A DNA stretch of 12,703 nucleotides from Candidatus Eiseniibacteriota bacterium (GCA_031366795.1 JANLOX010000370.1:1-12703), one strand, 5' to 3'; shown: positions 1 through 7,644, numbered from the stretch's first letter. Notes: a model not told the origin generated them from the sequence alone. Numbers and translations are program-made.

Positions 1-1196
1 CCGCCCTTGGCGAACGGCGACGCCACGACTGCCGACACCCCAAGTGACGCGCAGTGCTGCTTCACCACATCGATCTCGGCATCGGTGTCAGTGGGGAAGT
101 GATTGATGGCGACGACGCACGGCTGCTCGAACTTGCGGATGTTCTCGACGTGCTTGTCGAGGTTCTCTAGCCCGCGGCGCACGGCCTCCACGTTCGGCTC
201 GCCCACCTTCGCGAACGGCACGCCACCGTGCAGCTTGAGCGCGCGCACCGTGGCGACCAGCACGGTGCAGCTGGGTGCAAAGCCGCCGTAACGGCAATTA
301 ATGTCGAAGAACTTTTCGGCGCCCAGCTCGAACGCGAAACCGGCCTCGGTGATCACGATGTCGGCGTAGGCCAGCGCCATGCGCGTCGCGGTGATCGAAT
401 TGGTGCCGTGCGCGATGTTGGCGAACGGACCGCCGTGGATGATCGCGGGGACGCCTTCCATCGTCTGCGCGAGGTTCGGCTTGATCGCATCTCGGAGCAA
501 CGCCGCCATCGGTCCCACGGCCTTGAGATCCGCCGCGGTAACCGTGGTGCCATCGGCGCGCGTGCCGACGACGATGCGGCCGAGGCGCTGCTTCAGGTCC
601 GGGATGCCATTCGCGAGGCACAGGATGGCCATCACTTCGCTCGCCGCGGTGATGTCGAAGCCGGTCTCGCGCGGCACGCCTTCGGTGCGCCCACCCAACC
701 CGCACACGATGTCGCGCAGCGCGCGATCGTTCATGTCCATCACGCGCCGCCACAGCACGCGCCGCGGATCGAGGCCGCTGGTGTTGCCGTGATGCAGGTG
801 ATTGTCGACCAGCGCCGTAAGCAGGTTGTGGGCACTGGAGACGGCGTGGATGTCACCGGTGAAGTGCAGGTTGATGTCATCCGCCGGCACCACCTGCGAC
901 AACCCACCGCCCGTGCCACCGCCCTTGAGCCCGAGGTAGGGCCCGAGTGAGGGCTCGCGCAGGGCGACCATGCTGTTGCGCCCGTTCTTCGCGAGGCCCT
1001 GCGCGAGTCCGATCGAACACGTCGTCTTGCCTTCGCCCGCGGGCGTCGGCGTGATCGCCGAGACGAGCACCAGCTTGCCCCGCGGTGCGCGGCCGTTGAG
1101 TGCAGCGAGGGCGATTTTGGCTTTGTACTGGCCATAGGGCTCGAGGTGCTCGGGGGCGATGTCGAGCGTGCGGGCGATTTCGGCAATCGGCTTCAT
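1..1196 (-). CDS. fhs: Formate--tetrahydrofolate ligase (formyltetrahydrofolate synthetase), 3' end runs off the window
   Basis: Manual translation from ATG at 1196: MKPIAEIARTLDIAPEHLEPYGQYKAKI...KLVLVSAITPTPAGEGKTTCSIGLAQGL...LREPSLGPYLGLKGGGTGGGLSQV...INLHFTGDIHA...HGGPFANIAHGTNS...TEAGFAFELGAEKFFDINCR...VVAINHFPTD...SPFAKGG. These are Fhs signature motifs. Absent from the ORF track because the stop lies outside the window. Confidence 0.98.
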   Translation of the reverse strand, partial: MKPIAEIARTLDIAPEHLEPYGQYKAKIALAALNGRAPRGKLVLVSAITPTPAGEGKTTCSIGLAQGLAKNGRNSMVALREPSLGPYLGLKGGGTGGGLSQVVPADDINLHFTGDIHAVSSAHNLLTALVDNHLHHGNTSGLDPRRVLWRRVMDMNDRALRDIVCGLGGRTEGVPRETGFDITAASEVMAILCLANGIPDLKQRLGRIVVGTRADGTTVTAADLKAVGPMAALLRDAIKPNLAQTMEGVPAIIHGGPFANIAHGTNSITATRMALAYADIVITEAGFAFELGAEKFFDINCRYGGFAPSCTVLVATVRALKLHGGVPFAKVGEPNVEAVRRGLENLDKHVENIRKFEQPCVVAINHFPTDTDAEIDVVKQHCASLGVSAVVASPFAKG

Positions 1197-1290
1197 GGGG
1201 CCTCGCGGGGGTGCAGCGCGGTGGCAGCTTCCTGTGGCGTAGGTTGCGACCACCGCAAGCAGGCGCGGCCGCTGCGTTCGAGTCGGGCGG

Positions 1291-1296
1291 ATCGTA
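1291..1296 (-). promoter_or_regulatory. Possible sigma70-type -10 element (TACGAT) for fhs
   Basis: TACGAT on the - strand about 95 nt upstream of the fhs ATG; no convincing -35 element. Confidence 0.25.
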
Positions 1297-1511
1297 GCCC
1301 ATTCCTGCCCCGGAAACGATTCCCACGTCAGCGCTTGCGTGGGGTGGGTCCGGCCCCCCAGCGCCGCACCGCGCGGCCGCTTGGGGACCCTGCCTCCGCG
1401 CTCAAGCGGCGGGTGAATGCCGCCGATAATCCCCCTGCGGAGCGTGACCGCCTCGCCCTGCCGCGATTCACAAGGCGGCGGTGTTCCGGTCCACATTTCA
1501 GGAGGCTCTTC

Positions 1512-2411
1512 ATGTACAAAGTTTCCCACGGGCGCCACGGCGCGATGCGTCGCGCGCTCGGGTATGCGTTGGTGATGGGTTCACTCGCGGCGTCTGTCGC
1601 GCTGGCGGGGCCGTCGGGTGAGTACAACGTGATCGATCCCGATTTCTCCAGCGTCGTCCCGGGCACCTCGCTCATCGGTGAGGGCAACGTCCAACTCGAA
1701 GCCAACGTCGCGCGGGCCTCGGACGGTCAGGGCACGGCGATGACGCGCGCCTGGTCGACGCCGACGCTGGTGCGGCTCGGCATGCCGAACTACGAGGTCC
1801 GCGTGCTGTCCTCTGGCTACTCGCGCCTGCGCACCTACAGCTCGGTTGACAATGGCATGGCGGACTTCCAGGTGGGCATCAAGGGCGTCATGCCGCAGAC
1901 GTTTGATCGCGACTTGTCGATGGCGGTCGTGCTGCAGGCTGGCCTTCCCGGCGGCTCGTCGCAGTTCAAGCAGACGGGTTTCCGCCCCGAACTGCAGCTG
2001 GTCAGTGCATGGCAGTTGCCGAATGCCAACTCCATCAGCGGTGTCGCCGGCATCAGCTCGAATGTGGACAACAAAGGCGATCGCTACCCGAACGGCATCC
2101 TCGGCCTGAATTTCGCCCACGGCTGGAACCCGCGCGTCAGCACCTATGCCGAAGTGGCCGGCCGTGAGATCCGCACGGCTTCGCGTGGCGGCAAGAACAT
2201 GCAGTGGTCGCTGGGCGGCGCATGGAAAGCCATGCCGGGCACGCAGCTGAATGCCTCAGCGGGCTGGGGCATCAAGGACAACGACACCGACTTCGCCTGG
2301 AAGCTCGGCGTCTCGCGCCGCTTCCGCCCGCCGTCGCCGGGCGCGATGTCGAAGAAGGAAGACAAGCAGCCCGAACCGACGCCAAGCGCCACGACCGAAG
2401 ACGGCAAGTAA
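1512..2411 (+). CDS. Outer-membrane beta-barrel 'transporter' family protein (Phenol_MetA_deg/PF13557-like), 299 aa
   Basis: AGGAGG RBS at 1500-1505, ATG at 1512. Signal peptide (…RRALGYALVMGSLAASVALA). N-terminal PDF…GxVQLE and PTLVRLG segments typical of the family, alternating amphipathic strands, and a GVSRRF final strand. Confidence 0.75.
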   Translation: MYKVSHGRHGAMRRALGYALVMGSLAASVALAGPSGEYNVIDPDFSSVVPGTSLIGEGNVQLEANVARASDGQGTAMTRAWSTPTLVRLGMPNYEVRVLSSGYSRLRTYSSVDNGMADFQVGIKGVMPQTFDRDLSMAVVLQAGLPGGSSQFKQTGFRPELQLVSAWQLPNANSISGVAGISSNVDNKGDRYPNGILGLNFAHGWNPRVSTYAEVAGREIRTASRGGKNMQWSLGGAWKAMPGTQLNASAGWGIKDNDTDFAWKLGVSRRFRPPSPGAMSKKEDKQPEPTPSATTEDGK

Positions 2412-2438
2412 CCTTAAGCTCACGACACCCGCAGTAAC

Positions 2439-2478
2439 GCAGGGCCCGGTTCCCACGAACCGGGCCCTGCTGCTTGTT
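2439..2478 (+). terminator. Rho-independent terminator-like hairpin
   Basis: Perfect 14-bp stem GCAGGGCCCGGTTC-ccac-GAACCGGGCCCTGC (2439-2470) followed by TGCTTGTT, 28 nt after the stop codon. Confidence 0.8.
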
Positions 2479-2506
2479 AGACCGGGACCCATGCGGTGTA
2501 TAAGAT
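2478..2506 (+). promoter_or_regulatory. Putative sigma70 promoter for the DUF2269-CPBP cluster
   Basis: TAGACC (2478-2483), 17-nt spacer, TAAGAT (2501-2506); ATG 38 nt downstream. Confidence 0.4.
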
Positions 2507-2543
2507 CCACAGCCCTGCCGCACGCGTGGAACCCGAGGGCCTC

Positions 2544-3014
2544 ATGTCGATACCGAAGCTCTGGACACTGATTCACCTGCTCGCGGCGTTCAGCTTCGTG
2601 GGCAGCCTGATGGTCGCGGAGTGGATCGGCCGCGCCGCGCGCGCGACAGATGATTGGCGACAGCGCGCCCTGCTGTTCCAGTTCGCCGCGAAGGCCTGCC
2701 GCACCGCGGGGCTCATTCCTCTCGTGCTGACGGGCGTCCTCGGAAACCTCGCCGCGGTCGGGCTGGGTTACCACATGGCAAGTGACGTGTGGCTGCGCTG
2801 GGCAAACGGGCTGTGGCTCGTCGCGGTATTGGTGATGCTGTTCGTTCAGTTGCCGTGTGCCTACCGGCTCATGCAGTTGTCGCGCTCCGTCACGGACGGA
2901 GTGGAACCCCAGCGCTACGGCTCGAACATGGCCCGCTGGCGCGTGGCGAATGTGGCGCTCACCGTGCTGTATGTCGCGATGCTCGCCTTCATGGTGTACG
3001 GCAAGCGCTCGTGA
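2544..3014 (+). CDS. DUF2269-like four-TM integral membrane protein, 156 aa
   Basis: GAGG RBS-like sequence before ATG 2544. N-terminal LIHLLAA with conserved-type His, LxLTG in helix 2, WL…LW in helix 3, and a C-terminal MLAFMVYGK resembling the family LMVxKP ending. Confidence 0.75.
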   Translation: MSIPKLWTLIHLLAAFSFVGSLMVAEWIGRAARATDDWRQRALLFQFAAKACRTAGLIPLVLTGVLGNLAAVGLGYHMASDVWLRWANGLWLVAVLVMLFVQLPCAYRLMQLSRSVTDGVEPQRYGSNMARWRVANVALTVLYVAMLAFMVYGKRS

Positions 3015-3808
3015 GCGCGCTCGCGGCGCCCTCGGCGCCCCCGTTGCTGGGAGCATTGCTCGGCGGGTTCCTGGTGCTGGTGTTGGGACTCGCGGCGTTG
3101 ACGCTGGCCCGCCGCCGCGGCCCGCTGTCGTCGCAGCGCAGCATGATCAGGGCGCTGGGCTACATCGTCGTCTACGCCCTGAGCACCGGCGGCTTCATGC
3201 GCATCCTCCAGCCCGCCCTGCTCGGCCACGATCGCAGTCCCTGGCTGCTGGCCTTGGGCGACGTGGTGTTCATCACGCTCGGCCTCTACGTCTGGGTCAT
3301 GGTTCTCGCCGAAGGTTTCTCGCTGCGCTCGATCGGACTCAAGCCCATGATGGCGGGCCGCCTGTTCCTAACACTCGTCATGGGCGTCGGGGCCGCGGCG
3401 GTCTACTCGTGGGCGCCCTATCAAGCCGTTGTCACATACAAGGTGCACACCACCCCGGATACATTGGTGTTTTCGATGTTCTGGGCGCTGGCGGGCTCGG
3501 CGCTGCCTGAGGAATTGCTGTTCCGCGGCTTCCTGATGAGCTCGCTGGACCGCCGTGTGAGCCAATGGGCGCGCGTCGCCCTGCCCGCGCTGGCGTTCAC
3601 GGCGGTCAGAGCTTTACGTTTCTTGCCCGGACCGGACTTGGGTGTGCCCGAATGGCTCGGTTACATTTTTGGGGTGGCACTGCCGATGGGGCTGTGGTGG
3701 GGGATCCTCCGCGAACTGGGTGGCGGCGCCATCTGGCCCTGCATCGTCTCGCACTTCCTGCTCGAATTCGGCCCCACCCTCGCGGGGACGACACCGTCGC
3801 CGTTGTAG
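3011..3808 (+). CDS. CPBP (Abi/CAAX type II, Rce1-like) intramembrane glutamic endopeptidase family protein, 265 aa
   Basis: GTG start overlaps the upstream TGA (GTGA, 3011-3014). Multi-TM, with a PEELLFRGFL motif and a C-terminal GAIWPCIVSH motif. Confidence 0.85.
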   Translation: MSALAAPSAPPLLGALLGGFLVLVLGLAALTLARRRGPLSSQRSMIRALGYIVVYALSTGGFMRILQPALLGHDRSPWLLALGDVVFITLGLYVWVMVLAEGFSLRSIGLKPMMAGRLFLTLVMGVGAAAVYSWAPYQAVVTYKVHTTPDTLVFSMFWALAGSALPEELLFRGFLMSSLDRRVSQWARVALPALAFTAVRALRFLPGPDLGVPEWLGYIFGVALPMGLWWGILRELGGGAIWPCIVSHFLLEFGPTLAGTTPSPL

Positions 3809-3846
3809 ATCCGTCCTCGTCTGGCCCGCTGGAGACCAAGACCCGC

Positions 3847-6498
3847 ATGTCGCGTTCCCTGCACTACCGGCTCGTAACCGCCTCGACTATCGCGCTCGCA
3901 GTCCTGTTCGTCATGGCGGCCACGGCCAGGGCCGCACAGCCCACTCCGGCGGAAGCGGCACGGGCAGCGCGCATCGCTTCCATCAAGCGCATCCAGCAGC
4001 AACTGCTCATGCGCGAAGCGCTCGAGGCCGCGAACGAACGCAGCCACAAAGACGGCGACGAGTGCGATCGCGAGTACCGGCTGAGCCGCGGTCTCGTTGA
4101 AGACGGCTCGGCGATGCGCCGCGGGATCAGCCAGCGGCCCTCGCCCAGTGAGGCCGCCGAGCCGCTTACCAGCCTGCGCCACGGTCGCGCCGCCGGTCCG
4201 CTCACGGCGAACAGCACGCTGTCGTACGCCACGAACATCAAGGTGAACGACCCGAATCTCGATATCCCCTCGCGCGCCGAAGCTCAATCAGAGCCGTCGA
4301 TCGCCGCGTGGGGCAATTACGTGATCGCGGGATGGAACGACGGCCGCGGGTCCACGGATGTCCCCGGGGCGACGCTGCCGAATGCGCTCAACTATGGCTA
4401 TTCGACCGACGGCGGCCGGACCTTCATCACGGCCTCCCCACTCGGCGCTGACAGGCTCCCAATCCAAAACCTCGGCGGTGTATGGACCAGCGATCCCGTC
4501 ATCGCGGTCAACGAGAATACCGGCGACTTCTATTTCTGCGCGCTATTCGATCCGCCCAACGGCAGTGGCAACGACGAGCACGGCGTCGCGGTGGCGCGTG
4601 CCACGTTCAGCGGCTCGACGATCACTTGGACGAAGCCGGTCGTCATCAAGAGCCTGTTGGCGACCGACGGCTTCATCGACAAGCCGTGGATCGCCGTCGA
4701 CTCATCGTCGGGCAACCTTTATGTGAGCTACACGCGCTTCACCCTGACGCAGGATTCGATTGTCGTCTGCCGCTCGACGGACAAGGGCCTGCACTGGGGA
4801 CCGCAGACCACCTTGAGCTCGCCTGCCGCGGCGGGGCTGGTGCAGGGCTCGCGGCCGGTCGTGGCGGCTGACGGAACGATCTACGCGGTCTGGAAGGAAA
4901 TCGCGCTGACCGGCACGGGGCAGGATTTCCTGCGTGTGCGGCGCTCCCAAAATCAAGGCGTCACGTGGCAAGCGGAACAGACCGCCGCCGCCTTCTTCGA
5001 CAACTTCGGCACGGGCGCGCCGGGCTTCAACCGCGAACAGGGCATCTCCCTGCCCTCGATCGCGGTGGACCGCTCAACCGGCCCGAATCGCGGTCGCGTT
5101 TACGTCGCGTGGAACGAATGCGTCAATTTCTACGACTCGATTCCCGACACGAGCGCCGCTCCGGTGCTCAACGAAGTCGAGCCCAACGATTCGCTGTTCA
5201 ACGCCCAGCCGTTCACGCCTGGCACCGCGATTCGTGGCGCCTTCAACACGCTGACCGACTTCGATTACTACCGCTTCAGCGCGGCGCAGGGGACGACGTA
5301 TATTTTCTGGGCGAATGAACTGCCTACGCGCTACACGATGCGCATCTTCGGCACCGACGGCGTGACGCGGCTGTCGTTCTCGGGCGATCGCACCAATGCC
5401 AACCCCGGCTTCATCGTGTGGACCTGCCCGCGCTCGGGTACTTACTTCATGCGGATGGCGATTATCGGGTCGACGCTCGGCGACTACCGTGTCGATACCG
5501 CGATCGACACCCCCGGCGGCACCAACCAGCGCGCGCGCGACCAGCGTGATGCCTTCGTGGCGTCCTCGGCGGATGGGACCACATGGTCGACGCCGGTGAT
5601 GCTGTCGGCGCCGGAGCCCGGGCTCTACGACAATTGGCTCCCCGAAGTCGCGGTCACGGGTCAGGGTGCCGTCTATGCACTGTGGTACGACTTTAGCGAC
5701 GCTCCGCTCGCCTCCGACGGCGGGCAGTCGCAGGCCTACATGGCGCGCTCGGACGATGGCGGCGCCACGTGGGCCTCGCTGGGACCGGTGAGTGACCGGT
5801 TCGTGAACTGGTCGGGCGTCAACTCGAACATCATCCCGAACCAGGGTGACTACGCAGCACTGTTCGCCAACGCCACCCAGGTCATCCCGTGCTGGACCGA
5901 TGGCCGCGTGGGCACGCCCGACATTTGGGCCGCGCCGTTCGCGGTGGGAGCGGTGCAGGTGCAGATCAAATCGGCCGTCGCCGACACCAACAGCGTCACC
6001 CTGAAATGGCACGCGACAGGACCGCACCCGATCGCGGCACAGGTGATTCGCGCAACGGGCGGTGCGGAGTACTCCAGCGTGGTGGGCAGCGTGGTGTTCG
6101 ATGCAAACCACGACGCGACGTTCCAGGATAACAACGTGCTGACTGCGGCGCAGTATCGCTACGCGCTCCAGATGACCATCGGCGGCGCCACGGTGATCAT
6201 GGGCGAGCGCACCCTGGTGACCCAGGGTCATGAGCGCCCAGAGTTCGTGTTCCTCGGCGCCTCGCCGAACCCCGCGGGCAAATTGCTGCATGTGCGCTTC
6301 TCGCTTCCCGACGCCGTGAAGGTGGATCTCCGGCTCTACGACATCACCGGCCGTCCGCTGCGCTGGCAGGAATACCAGGGCCCGGGCCCCTACGAAGTGG
6401 ACTTTGGCGCGGGGTTGGACCTCAAGCCGGGGCTCTACTTCCTCAAGTTGAGCCGCGCCGGCACCGACAAGATCATCCGCGTCTCGCTGGTGCCCTAG
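3847..6498 (+). CDS. Secreted Asp-box (BNR/sialidase-like) beta-propeller protein with inserted PPC-like domain, Ig/FN3-like domain and T9SS type-A/FlgD-like C-terminal domain, 883 aa
   Basis: GGAG upstream, ATG 3847, signal peptide ending ATARA. Asp-boxes YSTDGGRTF, RSTDKGLHW, RSQNQGVTW, SSADGTTW, RSDDGGATW. EVEPNDS…DFDYYRF (PPC-like). C-terminal SPNP…FSLP…LRLYDITGR…PGLYFLKL. Confidence 0.85.
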   Translation: MSRSLHYRLVTASTIALAVLFVMAATARAAQPTPAEAARAARIASIKRIQQQLLMREALEAANERSHKDGDECDREYRLSRGLVEDGSAMRRGISQRPSPSEAAEPLTSLRHGRAAGPLTANSTLSYATNIKVNDPNLDIPSRAEAQSEPSIAAWGNYVIAGWNDGRGSTDVPGATLPNALNYGYSTDGGRTFITASPLGADRLPIQNLGGVWTSDPVIAVNENTGDFYFCALFDPPNGSGNDEHGVAVARATFSGSTITWTKPVVIKSLLATDGFIDKPWIAVDSSSGNLYVSYTRFTLTQDSIVVCRSTDKGLHWGPQTTLSSPAAAGLVQGSRPVVAADGTIYAVWKEIALTGTGQDFLRVRRSQNQGVTWQAEQTAAAFFDNFGTGAPGFNREQGISLPSIAVDRSTGPNRGRVYVAWNECVNFYDSIPDTSAAPVLNEVEPNDSLFNAQPFTPGTAIRGAFNTLTDFDYYRFSAAQGTTYIFWANELPTRYTMRIFGTDGVTRLSFSGDRTNANPGFIVWTCPRSGTYFMRMAIIGSTLGDYRVDTAIDTPGGTNQRARDQRDAFVASSADGTTWSTPVMLSAPEPGLYDNWLPEVAVTGQGAVYALWYDFSDAPLASDGGQSQAYMARSDDGGATWASLGPVSDRFVNWSGVNSNIIPNQGDYAALFANATQVIPCWTDGRVGTPDIWAAPFAVGAVQVQIKSAVADTNSVTLKWHATGPHPIAAQVIRATGGAEYSSVVGSVVFDANHDATFQDNNVLTAAQYRYALQMTIGGATVIMGERTLVTQGHERPEFVFLGASPNPAGKLLHVRFSLPDAVKVDLRLYDITGRPLRWQEYQGPGPYEVDFGAGLDLKPGLYFLKLSRAGTDKIIRVSLVP

Positions 6499-6576
6499 CC
6501 CAACTTCCGCAGTTGGACGACGCTTCTAACGATTTTCGCGTGGAACGCGGGCCCCGGCGGAAATCCGCTTTCCGGC

Positions 6577-6603
6577 GCAACTTCGGCGGTGAGGGGGGCG
6601 TAA
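6577..6603 (+). promoter_or_regulatory. Putative ECF sigma-factor promoter
   Basis: GCAAC (6577-6581), 17-nt spacer, CGTAA (6599-6603); matches the AAC/CGT pattern of ECF promoters, about 100 nt upstream of ATG 6701. Confidence 0.35.
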
Positions 6604-6635
6604 TCCCGGCATGGTAGTAAGTCCGGGATCACGCC
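6597..6635. repeat. Inverted repeat, 13-bp arms with one mismatch
   Basis: GGCGTAATCCCGG-catggtagtaagt-CCGGGATCACGCC. Confidence 0.7.
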
Positions 6636-6700
6636 TGCCTTGCGGGCGCTCCGGCCCCGCCCAGCAGTGCTCCCACGTTCGCTTAAAGCCTGAGGTCCTC

Positions 6701-7345
6701 ATGAAGCGCCTCGCCCTGACCCTTGCGCTCGCCACGGCCTTCGCGGCTCCCGCATTCGCCGACCAGTACCTGCAGGCCGACCCGCGCACCTACGAGCTCG
6801 AGGGCGCCCACCGCATCAAGATCGGGTTCCCGGTCGGCAAGTTCACCCTCGAGGGCGATGACGGTCAGACCGTGCGGGTCCAGGTGCGGGTCGACTGCAA
6901 GGACACCGAATACGGCGATTGCCAGGACGAGGCGCGCCGCATCCGCATCGACCACGCCACGGAAGGCGGCGTGTTCCGGCTGGAATTCAGTGGCGTCAAG
7001 AAGAACTGGTCGAACCGCCACATCACCGTCGAGGCGCACGTGCTGGTGCCCCGCGCCCTGGCGGCGGAGCTGAACATGGGCGTGGGTTCCGCCAGCGTGC
7101 TGGGGCTACGCCGCGACCTCGACCTCGAGCTGGGCGTCGGGGAACTCAAAGTGCACGCGAGCCAGAACGACATCCGCAGGGTGGACGCGGAATCGGGCGT
7201 CGGCGATGCCTCGATCGACACGCATGATGGCCGCGTGCACGAACGGGGCTTCATCGGGCACGCCGCCCACTGGAACGAAGGCTCGGGCAACAGCGTGGTG
7301 CGCGCGCACGTCGGCGTCGGCGAGGCTTCCGTTTCGCTGCGTTAG
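6701..7345 (+). CDS. Exported DUF4097/adhesin-like beta-strand repeat protein, 214 aa
   Basis: GAGG RBS, ATG 6701, signal peptide MKRLALTLALATAFAAPAFA. VxVP hinge (VLVPR) followed by repeats MGVGSASV, LGVGELKV, SGVGDASI, VGVGEASV. Confidence 0.7.
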   Translation: MKRLALTLALATAFAAPAFADQYLQADPRTYELEGAHRIKIGFPVGKFTLEGDDGQTVRVQVRVDCKDTEYGDCQDEARRIRIDHATEGGVFRLEFSGVKKNWSNRHITVEAHVLVPRALAAELNMGVGSASVLGLRRDLDLELGVGELKVHASQNDIRRVDAESGVGDASIDTHDGRVHERGFIGHAAHWNEGSGNSVVRAHVGVGEASVSLR

Positions 7346-7347
7346 CC

Positions 7348-7373
7348 TGCGCGAAATTGTTGCAGAACGAACA
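7348..7373. promoter_or_regulatory. Candidate enhancer-binding-protein sites (NtrC-like and TGT-N10-ACA)
   Basis: TGCGCGAAATTGTTGCA (7348-7364) resembles the NtrC palindrome TGCACCA-N3-TGGTGCA; it overlaps TGT-tgcagaacga-ACA (7358-7373). Confidence 0.3.
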
Positions 7374-7570
7374 CTCGTAACGCTCGAATTGCACACTCGC
7401 GGCGATCCCGCCACGCCCGGAGCGTGCGCGATGGCATTGCCCCGCCGCATTCGTTGGCGCAGCCGCACTCGCGATTCCCCGCGCCAACCTTGGCGAAAAC
7501 GCGCATCTCGTCCGCGGCATCTGCCCCGGCACGCCGCGCCGCCGCGCCACTCCCACAACCCCAAGCGCGC

Positions 7571-7586
7571 AGGCATGATGCTTGAT
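7571..7586 (+). promoter_or_regulatory. Sigma54-like -24/-12 promoter (variant)
   Basis: AGGCATGATGCTTGAT versus consensus TGGCACG-N4-TTGCW: correct GG-N10 spacing, but GA instead of GC at -12. Confidence 0.35.
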
Positions 7587-7644
7587 AGGTGAAGGGTTGG
7601 AAGAGTGTCCTTCGTCGGTCCTCACATCTGCGGTGGAGCCAGGG

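Noticed and set aside
88..1326. Numerous ORF-track entries (228..950 +, 298..753 -, 740..1186 -, 877..1326 - and others)
   Set aside because: Shadow or off-frame ORFs over the clear fhs frame; Arg/Ala/Pro-rich, typical of high-GC DNA.
1146..1511. N-terminal 122-aa extension of the beta-barrel ORF
   Set aside because: Overlaps the fhs start and the divergent intergenic region; the strong AGGAGG RBS and signal peptide point to ATG 1512.
1197..1511. Canonical ZTP, THF or SAM/SAH riboswitch upstream of fhs
   Set aside because: Required conserved elements (e.g. GACUGGCG plus downstream CGCCUGGG for ZTP) were not found; kept only as an unclassified structured leader.
2789..3846. Longer starts for the CPBP ORF (2789) and the propeller ORF (3565)
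   Set aside because: They would overlap upstream genes by more than 200 nt; the GTGA coupling at 3011 and the signal peptide at 3847 give better starts.
5074..6291. 405-aa antisense ORF, and similar antisense ORFs at 8813..9817, 9939..10844, 10869..12059 and 11435..12289
   Set aside because: Antisense shadows of well-supported genes caused by GC3 bias; no recognisable motifs.
3847..6498. Calling the propeller a true sialidase (nanH/GH33)
   Set aside because: Asp-boxes are structural and widespread; no FRIP motif or recognisable catalytic set was seen.
6500..6516. Hairpin CCAACT-tccgc-AGTTGG right after the propeller stop codon
   Set aside because: Only 6 bp and no adjacent U-tract; too weak to call a terminator.
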